DNA of 64,000 nt from Candidatus Parcubacteria bacterium (GTDB taxonomy: Bacteria > Patescibacteriota > Minisyncoccia > Minisyncoccales > JAGMDC01), in NCBI GenBank assembly GCA_023130975.1, contig JAGMAD010000001.1, forward strand, positions 17,238-81,237. The letters are read 5' to 3'. Made by a program: the position numbers and the translations under genes. The first letter of the stretch is position 1; each line of letters opens with the position of its first letter. This document shows positions 17,447 through 25,559 of the stretch, in pieces. The notes beneath the pieces were generated by a model. It had not been told where the DNA came from. It did not search any database and saw only the letters and a list, made by a program, of their open reading frames with translations.

Positions 17447-17474
17447 AGTATAGCAAACTGACACCCCTTGTCAA
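17447..17474 (-). promoter_or_regulatory. Sigma70-like promoter TTGACA-16-TATACT on the minus strand
   Basis: -35 at 17469-17474 and -10 at 17447-17452, read on the minus strand. Confidence 0.5.
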
Positions 17475-17522
17475 GTGGAAAATTACACTTAACCAAAAAA
17501 GAAAATAAAACTTGAATTAGTT

Positions 17523-17671
17523 TGCCCGAGGCGATTGCCTCGGGCTTTTGTTTTTGATTGCTATTGAGTACCAAAAAAACCTGTCCTGAGCCTGTCGAAG
17601 GAATTGATAAAAACCCAAAAATGAGTTAAATTAAAGTAATGGAGGAAAATAAAAACAGAATAAAGGACTTA
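17523..17671 (+). repeat. Duplication copy B: terminator hairpin plus the functional radC promoter and 5' end
   Basis: TTGATA (17604-17609), 17 nt, TAAATT (17627-17632), 6 nt, ATG 17639. Differs from copy A by two synonymous changes in the 11 shared codons. Confidence 0.85.
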
Positions 17672-18325
17672 CCCAAAGTAGAACGGCCGAGAGAGAAATT
17701 AATTTTGAAAGGGCCCGAAAATTTAAAAGATGAAGAACTTCTGGCAATTTTGCTTCGGACTGGCAGGGAAGGCAAAAATGTTTTAGATTTAGCCAAGCAG
17801 ATTTTGAATAAACATTCAAAAAAGCGTTTTTTGAAGATGAGATACGAGGATTTAATAAAAGTGAAAGGAATAAACGAAGCCAAGGCCTGCACAATTCTCG
17901 CCAGTATGGAATTAGTCAAAAGAGCCTTAAAAATCCAGGATGAAACCTTACCAATTATTAATTCTTCTAAAGATGTAATAGCTCAAGCCGTTTATTTGAG
18001 AGATAGAACTCGCGAACACCTAATGACTATTTATCTCAACGCTAGAAATGAGATGGTTTGGAAAAAACAATCGACATTTATTGGCACTTTAAATACCAAT
18101 TTAGTTCATCCCAGAGAAATTTTTCAAGAAGCTTTAAAACACAATGCCGCCTCAGTAATTTTAGTCCACAATCATCCTTCAGGAGATAGCGAGCCATCCC
18201 AAGATGACTTAGAAATAACAAAGAGAATTATTGAAGCCGGCAAAATAATGGGCATAGATGTTTTAGACCACATAATCATCACCAAAACCAAAGCATTCAG
18301 CTTCAAAGAAAAAAAGTTGATATAA
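17639..18325 (+). CDS. radC: RadC-like JAB/MPN domain protein
   Basis: IKDLPKVERPREKL N-terminus, HhH region, JAMM motif HNHPSGDSEPSQDD. Confidence 0.9.
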   Translation: MEENKNRIKDLPKVERPREKLILKGPENLKDEELLAILLRTGREGKNVLDLAKQILNKHSKKRFLKMRYEDLIKVKGINEAKACTILASMELVKRALKIQDETLPIINSSKDVIAQAVYLRDRTREHLMTIYLNARNEMVWKKQSTFIGTLNTNLVHPREIFQEALKHNAASVILVHNHPSGDSEPSQDDLEITKRIIEAGKIMGIDVLDHIIITKTKAFSFKEKKLI

Positions 18326-18360
18326 TAAACAAAATCCAAAACTAGAAATATATTAAAACT

Positions 18361-18717
18361 ATGTCAGATATAAAAAACCTAACAGAAAAAATCATAAAAT
18401 TCAGGGATGAACGCGATTGGAAACAATTCAATAATCCTAAAGATGTGGCTTTATCTTTACTTTTAGAAGCAACGGAAGTTTTGGAACATTTTCAGTGGAA
18501 GAATCCAGAAGAAATTGCAGAATATATAAAAACCAACCAAAATGAAATTGGGGAAGAATTGGCTGATGTTCTGTATTGGATTTTATTGATGAGTCATGAT
18601 CTCGAGTTGGATATCTTAGATGTGCTTGAGAAGAAAATTCAAAAAAATCAAAAAAATATCCCATTAAGAAAGCCAAAGGTAATCACACTAAATATAATAA
18701 ATTGTAACTATGCGTAA
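18361..18717 (+). CDS. MazG-like all-alpha nucleotide pyrophosphohydrolase
   Basis: FRDERDWKQFNNPKDVALSLLLEATEVLEHFQW ... GEELADVLYWILLMS (EExxE...D metal-binding helices). Confidence 0.8.
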   Translation: MSDIKNLTEKIIKFRDERDWKQFNNPKDVALSLLLEATEVLEHFQWKNPEEIAEYIKTNQNEIGEELADVLYWILLMSHDLELDILDVLEKKIQKNQKNIPLRKPKVITLNIINCNYA

Positions 18718-19855
18718 TATATTTATACTTTATATGCCGCCGGGTAACAGTGAAGTAATGGTACACTATGAAGATACTATTAAGAATAAAGTTCCGCAGG
18801 AACGGATCTTTAAGTATTTGGATTTTAATTTACAAAATAGGTTAAAAAATGTTTTTAGTAACAGATCTATTGCTGTGTGGGGATCTAGAGATTCTAGTGC
18901 TAATCGTTCGCGTTTCGAAAAAATGCAAATAGGGGACGATATATTAATCGTAGAGGGCGAAATAATCAAACTGATGGGAAAAGTGGCAGCCAAAGTAATT
19001 AGCCCTAATTTGTCGTGCGAGCTTTGGAAAAATTTAAGAGGGGAATCAACAGAGGGATGGAACCTTATTTATTTTATCGCTAACCCACTTGAGATTAATC
19101 TACCATTCAATGAATTTAAGAAGATATTTGGTTACAAACCAAGTTGGAACTTGCGTGGTTTTACGAATATTTCTGATGATAGGCTTGAGGAATTTTATGA
19201 TAAATATGATGACCTTTATTCAATTTTGCAAAAGATAAAAGGCGGAGAAAAAATTGAACAAAAACTTGAGCCAGAGTTTATCAGGGAAAAAGAAATAGAG
19301 AAAACCAGATTAGAGACGGAAGATATAGATGACATTCTGAATAATAAGGAACTCTCCGAACATATAAAAATGCAATGGAAGCTTATCCGACTTGGGTTGA
19401 AAGCTGACTCCAAGGTTTGGATTCCACGAAATGATCAGTCAAGAATAGAAAAGCAATTTGGCTTTAGGGATTTTGAGAAACAATTTGCATCTGGTATAGA
19501 TGTACCTGTGCAATATGTTGAGAATATTGATGTGGTGTGGAAGGAGGAATTTCGTATCCATGCAGCCTTCGAAATAGAGAATACAACTGCAATATATTCT
19601 GGCTTACTTCGTTTTTCTGATTTAAAAATTATAGCCCCTAACAGCCCGTATCCATTGTTTATAGTGGCTCCATTATCAAAGAAGAACCGTGTTTTTCAAC
19701 AAGTGAAGAGGCCGACATTCCGAGAACTTGGCTTTGACAAGGAAGTGCGTTACCTTGCTTATGAAGTAGTTAATGAAATTGACAAGTTTTTTGATAAATC
19801 AAAGAAGGGACTAAATGTTGAATTATTAGTAGGCAAGTCGGAAAAGGCAAGCTAG
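18710..19855 (+). CDS. Hypothetical protein, possible modification-sensing nuclease (weak call)
   Basis: Overlaps mazG-like by 8 nt. The N-terminal half looks like a small beta-barrel (AVWGSR...GDDILIVEGEIIKLMGKV). The C-terminal half has IDVVW...AAFEIENTTAIYSGLLRFSDL, reminiscent of a restriction-endonuclease-like core. No firm family. Confidence 0.3.
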   Translation: MRNIFILYMPPGNSEVMVHYEDTIKNKVPQERIFKYLDFNLQNRLKNVFSNRSIAVWGSRDSSANRSRFEKMQIGDDILIVEGEIIKLMGKVAAKVISPNLSCELWKNLRGESTEGWNLIYFIANPLEINLPFNEFKKIFGYKPSWNLRGFTNISDDRLEEFYDKYDDLYSILQKIKGGEKIEQKLEPEFIREKEIEKTRLETEDIDDILNNKELSEHIKMQWKLIRLGLKADSKVWIPRNDQSRIEKQFGFRDFEKQFASGIDVPVQYVENIDVVWKEEFRIHAAFEIENTTAIYSGLLRFSDLKIIAPNSPYPLFIVAPLSKKNRVFQQVKRPTFRELGFDKEVRYLAYEVVNEIDKFFDKSKKGLNVELLVGKSEKAS

Positions 19856-19937
19856 CTAATTAGCTAGCTGTTTTAATTTGTAGTTTTCACTAAGCGTCTG
19901 CAAAAAGGTCAAAGAATACTAAAACCAGATTGATAAA

Positions 19938-19997
19938 ATGGTATATAAACTTTACGGCTTAACAAAGGAGAAAATTAAAATTGTTGAGCAAAAATAA
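19938..19997 (+). pseudogene. Orphan C-terminal tail of a type IIG/RM-type DNA methyltransferase-like gene
   Basis: Encodes (QIDK)MVYKLYGLTKEKIKIVEQK*. This is the stereotyped ..lVYeLYGLTeeEIkiVE end of such enzymes, preceded by in-frame stops. Confidence 0.5.
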
Positions 19998-20046
19998 AAA
20001 GATGAATAAGGAGTTTTATAATTTTTAAATAATTAAAATAAAATTT

Positions 20047-21726
20047 ATGGCTACTTATCAAGATTTTTCTTTAATTAAAAAAGAGGTTGAGTTTGTTAAA
20101 AAAAGAAATGATATAGATAAATTATCTATGGCTTTTATTTTTATGGTCCTAGAGAAATTATATCCAGATATAGAACCTTTTGAGAATATTACTGATGACA
20201 CAAGAGATTTAAGTGTAGATGCTTATTATATTGATAAAAATACGAAAACAATAAATATTTTTCAATTCAAATATACTGAAAATTTTAATACAGCAAGAAA
20301 TAAAAACGCTTTAAAAGAAAAAGAAATAAACGATTTTATTATAAAATTAAAGTATATTTGGGATAGGGACGAGGAATTTATTAAAAAAGCAAATCATAAA
20401 TTAAAAGACGCAATTAAGGAAATTTGGTCAGCATTTGAAGATGGATATACTAAAACAAATATTTACTTTGTTTCTAATTATAAAGATACAATTAATGGAG
20501 GAAATATTAAGGAAATTCAAAAAAAACTTAAAAATGAATTTAGAGGAAAATTAAAAATATTATCTTTAAATGATTTAATAAAGGTTTTTATAAAAGAAGA
20601 GTTTTCTCCAGTAGATATTAAATTACAGTTAAAGGGTAAAAATTACTTTGAAGAATCAACCGGTGATGTCAGAGCGTTGATTTCAGAAGTAAATGCGTTA
20701 AATTTTTTAAAATCAATTTTAGATGAAAATGATAATTTAATTGAAGATGTGTTTAATGAAAATATTAGGGTTTATTTGCGTTCCAATACAAAAATAAATA
20801 AACAGATATATAATTCTATTGAAAGCAAAAGTAATTATAAATTTTTTTATTACAACAATGGCATTACTGCTATTTGTGATAATTTTGAACACAATTTTTC
20901 TGATAGTCCAATTGTTAATATGGATAATTTTCAAATTGTTAATGGTGGCCAAACAATGCATGCTATTTACGAAGCCTATAAAAATGGATTACAGGATAAT
21001 GTAGGAAATATTTATTTACTTTTAAGAGTTTATGAGGTTAAAAAAAATAGGGAAATTGGTCAAGATATAGCAAGATTTACAAACACTCAAAATCCTGTAA
21101 AAAATAGAGATATAATGTCAAATGATATGATTCAGGTTAAATTACAAAAAGAATTAAGAAAAGAAGGATTTTTTTATGAAAGGAAGAAATACGAATTCAG
21201 AGATCAAAAAATTGGTAATGATAAAAAAGTAGATGCAGAAAAATTAGGACAATCAATCCTTGCTTTTTATATTGACAAACCGGGTTCTGCCAAAAATAAG
21301 AAGCAAGAAATTTTTGGAAATTTTTATAATAGTATTTTTGATGAAAGCAGAATAAATAGCGATTTTGTTCTATTACCCTATCTTTTATATAAAAAGATAG
21401 ATAACGATGTTAGAGAATTTAAAGTAGAACTAAAAAGATTAGAAAAGGCGGGAAAAACGGAAAAAATGAAAACAAAAATAGAAAGAAATGGATTTTTAAA
21501 TTATGCACATTATTATTTATTATTTACATTAAAAGTATTAGCTGATAAGAACAACATTTTGTTTGAAAAGGCAAATATTACAAAAATATTTGAGAATTAC
21601 AATAAGGCAAAAGATATATTACGTAAGATAGTTGATAAGGAAAAAAAGAATCCAAAATTTTCCATGCCCTATCTTTTTAAAACAGACGATCTTGTAAAAA
21701 AGATAAAAGACAAAATTGATAAATAG
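20047..21726 (+). CDS. AIPR (abortive-infection phage resistance) family protein
   Basis: YYNNGITAICD and FQIVNGGQTMHAIY blocks as I recall for the AIPR family. 559 aa, very AT-rich. Confidence 0.55.
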   Translation: MATYQDFSLIKKEVEFVKKRNDIDKLSMAFIFMVLEKLYPDIEPFENITDDTRDLSVDAYYIDKNTKTINIFQFKYTENFNTARNKNALKEKEINDFIIKLKYIWDRDEEFIKKANHKLKDAIKEIWSAFEDGYTKTNIYFVSNYKDTINGGNIKEIQKKLKNEFRGKLKILSLNDLIKVFIKEEFSPVDIKLQLKGKNYFEESTGDVRALISEVNALNFLKSILDENDNLIEDVFNENIRVYLRSNTKINKQIYNSIESKSNYKFFYYNNGITAICDNFEHNFSDSPIVNMDNFQIVNGGQTMHAIYEAYKNGLQDNVGNIYLLLRVYEVKKNREIGQDIARFTNTQNPVKNRDIMSNDMIQVKLQKELRKEGFFYERKKYEFRDQKIGNDKKVDAEKLGQSILAFYIDKPGSAKNKKQEIFGNFYNSIFDESRINSDFVLLPYLLYKKIDNDVREFKVELKRLEKAGKTEKMKTKIERNGFLNYAHYYLLFTLKVLADKNNILFEKANITKIFENYNKAKDILRKIVDKEKKNPKFSMPYLFKTDDLVKKIKDKIDK

Positions 21727-21827
21727 GAGGTGAAAAAGGGATCAGGAACCTTTTTATAAATTAATGAATGCTGAAGAGTTAAAAGCAAAACAAAAGATTA
21801 AAGAATTAATTAAATTTAAATAAAATT

Positions 21828-22346
21828 ATGGAAAAACAAGAAAGCAATTTTGCGTTTATTGACAGTCAAAACCTTAATTTAGGAATTCAAAACTTGGGCT
21901 GGAAATTGAATTACAGAAGATTTAGAGTTTATTTAAAAGAGAAATATAAAGTATCTATAGCTTATTTGTTTATCGGCTATATTCCAGCTAATCAAGACTT
22001 ATATTCTTCATTGCAAGAAGCCGGGTATGTTTTGGTTTTCAAGCCGACGTTGCCTGATAAGAATGGAGAGGTAAAGGGTAACGTGGACGCAGATTTGGTT
22101 TTACAGGTAATGATTGATTATAAGAAATATAACAAAGCTATAATTGTTACAAGCGACGGAGATTTTTATTCTTTAGTTAAATATTTATACAAAAATGATA
22201 AACTTAGATGCGTGATAAGTCCATATATTAAAACTTGTTCGGTTTTGTTAAAAAAAACAGCTAAAGAAAAAATTGTTTTTATAGAAAATTTGCGTAAAAA
22301 ACTTGAATATAAAATGAAAAAGCACCGCGTAAGGACAAAACCTTAA
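21828..22346 (+). CDS. NYN (LabA-like) domain protein, copy 2
   Basis: FAFIDSQNLNLG, YLFIGY, GNVDADLVLQVM, IIVTSDGDFYSLVKYL. Collinear with copy 1. Confidence 0.8.
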   Translation: MEKQESNFAFIDSQNLNLGIQNLGWKLNYRRFRVYLKEKYKVSIAYLFIGYIPANQDLYSSLQEAGYVLVFKPTLPDKNGEVKGNVDADLVLQVMIDYKKYNKAIIVTSDGDFYSLVKYLYKNDKLRCVISPYIKTCSVLLKKTAKEKIVFIENLRKKLEYKMKKHRVRTKP

Positions 22347-22370
22347 AAGGTGCTTTTTCGTATGTATTCT
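22316..22370 (-). ncRNA. Candidate ~55-nt hairpin RNA convergent on NYN copy 2
   Basis: Promoter at 22377-22404, then GAAAAAGCACC-UUUUAAGG-UUUUGU-CCUUACGC-GGUGCUUUUU. Overlaps the last ~10 codons of the NYN gene antisense. Confidence 0.4.
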
Positions 22371-22376
22371 ATTATC

Positions 22377-22404
22377 AATATAGCAAACCACAGACCTTTG
22401 TCAA
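22377..22404 (-). promoter_or_regulatory. Sigma70-like promoter TTGACA-16-TATATT on the minus strand
   Basis: -35 at 22399-22404, -10 at 22377-22382. Same layout and same flanking gtttgctata as at 17447-17474. Confidence 0.5.
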
Positions 22405-22454
22405 GAGGTGAAATAAATAACCAAAATTTAGGCTGAAGTTGAGGGAAATTTAAA

Positions 22455-22709
22455 ATGTTTATGGTAAAGAAAAATTCTCAAGCTTATACAATAAAGATTT
22501 ATTGTATGAAATGCAAAACTCTTCTTTATAGATACAAAAAGGAAGGACAGGGACATTTAGTAAAATGCTATAAAGATGGAATTATTGAAGATAATACAAA
22601 AGGGGATTTGAAATGTCCTAAATGTAAACAGTTATTTGCAAGAGAAGCTATGTACCATAATCGGCTGGCTAACAAAATAATTCAAGGAAAAGTTTATGTA
22701 AGAAGATAA
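22455..22709 (+). CDS. Hypothetical zinc-ribbon protein
   Basis: CMKC...20 aa...CPKC four-Cys ribbon in an 84-aa basic protein. Confidence 0.45.
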   Translation: MFMVKKNSQAYTIKIYCMKCKTLLYRYKKEGQGHLVKCYKDGIIEDNTKGDLKCPKCKQLFAREAMYHNRLANKIIQGKVYVRR

Positions 22710-22758
22710 AAAAATTTAAAAACAAGGTTGAAGAATTATTATTTGAGGAATTAAATTT

Positions 22759-23304
22759 ATGGAAAATCAAGAAAAAAGAATTTTTCTAATCGGGATTTTT
22801 GGGGGAATAATAGGGGTATTTTTGGTTTTTGCAGGAATTATTTGCTTTTTCGTTTCAATGGAAAAGCTGCACACTATTCAAGTTAATTGTCTGCCTGAAA
22901 AATCAGTTGAAACAAGAAACATTAGCTGCGAGATTTTAGAAGTTAAGGAAATGGGAGACATCCTAAAAGCAGCAGAGATAGTGTCTCCACCTATTAATGA
23001 AGAGGAACTAAAAAGAATAAAAGATTTGAAAACAGAAGGAAAGTTTGTAAAAGTAAAAGTGAAAGTTCTGAATAAAAGAAAGGATTCAATTAATCTTTCA
23101 GCCACTTATTTTATTGACGGAGAAGGAAGAAGATTTACTGCTTCCTATCAAGCCAATTATTGGCTGTCGGAAGAGGAGAAGTTTAGTGGAAGCATTCTCC
23201 CAGATACGGAAAAAGAGTTCGCCAAAATTTTTGAAATTTCAGAAAATTCTGCTCTGGCTAAGTTGAAAATAAAGTTTTATCGCCAAACAAGAATATTTGA
23301 TTAA
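22759..23304 (+). CDS. Membrane-anchored DUF4352-like protein
   Basis: N-terminal TM helix. Ig-like domain pattern FVKVKVKVLNKRKDSINLSATYFIDGEGRRF. Confidence 0.45.
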   Translation: MENQEKRIFLIGIFGGIIGVFLVFAGIICFFVSMEKLHTIQVNCLPEKSVETRNISCEILEVKEMGDILKAAEIVSPPINEEELKRIKDLKTEGKFVKVKVKVLNKRKDSINLSATYFIDGEGRRFTASYQANYWLSEEEKFSGSILPDTEKEFAKIFEISENSALAKLKIKFYRQTRIFD

Positions 23305-23772
23305 TCAAGAAATAAGGTTGTCTGTATTTTTTGATAAAAAAAAGAAAGGATGCTAGAGAAGGCATCCTTATAATAATAACGATATAATATCATTCATTCG
23401 GTGAAAACCTCTGGCTGGTTCCCAATTCTCCCTCCGCAACATTCGGAGGAAAGGCCAAAGACAAACTTCTTAATAATAAATGTGAGTACAATATATAAGG
23501 AAATGAGTGAAATAGATGAAAAAGATAAAAAGAAAATTAAGAAGTTTTTTAGTGAGCCCGCAGTTAAAAATTGTAATGAACTATGTAATGAACTATCCTC
23601 TATCAATTAGATGGTGTCTAACTGATAGAGGTTGAGAAAAAGATTTCTTTTTCCTTTTCTCTCCATTTCCATAATAGCACAATAGATTTTCTTGTCAAGG
23701 GCTTTTTGTGAAAATTCAAAAATCGCGAGCCACTCTTTTGCCCACGACGATTTTTTGGTAGAATAGGATAAT

Positions 23773-25017
23773 ATGTCATTTGAACAAAAACTTAAAAAGT
23801 ATGCCGAAGTTATTGTAAAGATTGGACTCAATCTTCAACTAAACCAGCGGCTTTTTATAAAGGCAGATATTGAGGCAATACCACTTGTCCGTCTTGTCAC
23901 TGAATATGCCTACAAACAAAAATCTAAATTGGTTAGTGTTATTTTTGAAGATAAAAGTTTAGATTTAATTAGACTCCGAAATAGCAAATATAATTTTTTA
24001 AGAGAATATGAAAAATGGAAAGTGGAACTATTAATAAAAGCAATTAAACGCGGCGATTCGATTTTAAACATCATTTCACCTAATCCCGAGCTATTTAAAA
24101 ATATTAATCCTAAATTAATCACTACTCTTAGAGAATTAGTATATAAAGATACTTCTGAATATCAAAAATATTTAATAAAAAATGAAATAAATTGGTGTAA
24201 AGTAGCGGTTCCAAATTCTTCCTGGGCAGAAAAAGTATTTCCTAATCTCTCGCAAAAAAACCAGTTGTCTGCTCTATGGGATGAGCTTTTCGAAGTATCT
24301 CGCATCAACAATCCTAATCCTGTCTTAGCTTGGAAAAGACATATTTCTGAATTATCTATAATAACTGATTATTTAAACAGAAAACAGTATACCTCTCTGG
24401 AATTTATTTCGCCAAGCACTAATTTAGTTATTGGTTTGTCTAAAAATCATGTCTGGGCTGGTGGAGCAGTTGAGACAGAAAAAAATCGAAAGATAAGATT
24501 TAGCCCAAATATACCAACAGAAGAAATTTTTACTTTACCTCATAGAGAAAAAGTCAATGGCGTAGTTACTTCTTCAAAACCATTAAATTATGGAGGGGTT
24601 TTTATTGAGCATTTTTCTCTTACCTTTAAAAATGGAAAAATAATAAAAGTAAAAGCTAAGAAAAATGAAAAAATATTAAAAAGAATTATAAAAACTGACG
24701 AGGGCTCCTGCAGATTAGGCGAAGTAGCCTTTGTGTCAAACAGTTCACCGGTTTCCAAATCTGGATTAATTTTCTACAGCGATCTTTTTGATGAAAATGC
24801 AGCTACCCACCTTGCGTTAGGCAAGGCCTTGAGAATTAATATTAAAAACGGCGTTAAGATGTCGGAAAAATCATTTTTAAAGGCCGGAGGCAATATCAGC
24901 CTAATTCATGTTGATTTTATGATTGGCTCAAATAAAATGGATGTCTTTGGTGTTAAAAAAGATAAAAAGATAGAGCCAATTATGAAAAAAGGTGAATGGG
25001 TTTTAGATATAAAATGA
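23773..25017 (+). CDS. Aminopeptidase, M29 (AmpS/PepS) family
   Basis: KYAEVIVKIGLNLQ N-terminus, EEIFTLPH, GEVAFV, AATHLALG, IHVDFMIG metal-site blocks. Confidence 0.85.
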   Translation: MSFEQKLKKYAEVIVKIGLNLQLNQRLFIKADIEAIPLVRLVTEYAYKQKSKLVSVIFEDKSLDLIRLRNSKYNFLREYEKWKVELLIKAIKRGDSILNIISPNPELFKNINPKLITTLRELVYKDTSEYQKYLIKNEINWCKVAVPNSSWAEKVFPNLSQKNQLSALWDELFEVSRINNPNPVLAWKRHISELSIITDYLNRKQYTSLEFISPSTNLVIGLSKNHVWAGGAVETEKNRKIRFSPNIPTEEIFTLPHREKVNGVVTSSKPLNYGGVFIEHFSLTFKNGKIIKVKAKKNEKILKRIIKTDEGSCRLGEVAFVSNSSPVSKSGLIFYSDLFDENAATHLALGKALRINIKNGVKMSEKSFLKAGGNISLIHVDFMIGSNKMDVFGVKKDKKIEPIMKKGEWVLDIK

Positions 25018-25559
25018 ATAACAAAGAAGAAAAAATTTTAAATACTATCAAAGAGTTTTATAAAAAATTGCCAAAATTTCCAGATGGTAGAATTGATTAT
25101 TCAAATGCTGATATTGCTCCAGTGATAACTGTTTTTGTAAAATACAAAGACAAGATTCTTTTATTAAAACGAAGCGATAAAGTGCGTACATACCAAGGAA
25201 AATGGAACACTGTTGCTGGTTATTTAGACGAATTAAAACCAATGCGCGAAAAAGCATTAGAAGAAATTCAAGAAGAGTTGAAAATTAATAAAAACAACAT
25301 TTTATCGTTTCATATCGGAGAAACTTATAGATTTAAAGATAACAAAGTGAATAAAAACCTTGCCTTTGGCAAGAACTTTGTTTCTCGCTTCGCTCGAAAT
25401 AAGACCTGGATTGTCCATCCTGTTTTAGTTGAACTAAAAAAGTTGCCAAGGATAAAATTAGATTGGGAGCATACAGAATATAAATGGATTAAGCCGAAAG
25501 AGCTGAAGAAATTTGATATAGTTACTAATCTTGAAAAAAGTTTCAAAAAAGTAGCATAA
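25014..25559 (+). CDS. NUDIX hydrolase
   Basis: Nudix box [26 protein letters not shown]. Start set at the ATG overlapping the upstream TGA (ATGA). Confidence 0.8.
   Translation: MNNKEEKILNTIKEFYKKLPKFPDGRIDYSNADIAPVITVFVKYKDKILLLKRSDKVRTYQGKWNTVAGYLDELKPMREKALEEIQEELKINKNNILSFHIGETYRFKDNKVNKNLAFGKNFVSRFARNKTWIVHPVLVELKKLPRIKLDWEHTEYKWIKPKELKKFDIVTNLEKSFKKVA

Noticed and set aside
23380-23480. Resemblance of CUCUGGCUGGUUCCC..CUCCGCAAC..CGGAGGAAAGGCCAAAG to the 5' part of 4.5S/SRP RNA and to the GAGGAAAG box of RNase P RNA.
   Set aside because: I could not build the SRP helix-8 GNRA hairpin or any RNase P core pairings. The similarity is confined to short strings.
25015-25017. Possibility of an alternative genetic code (UGA reassignment, as in some CPR lineages).
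   Set aside because: TGA terminates well-conserved genes at the expected length (for example the M29 aminopeptidase), and all conserved proteins are full length under the standard code.
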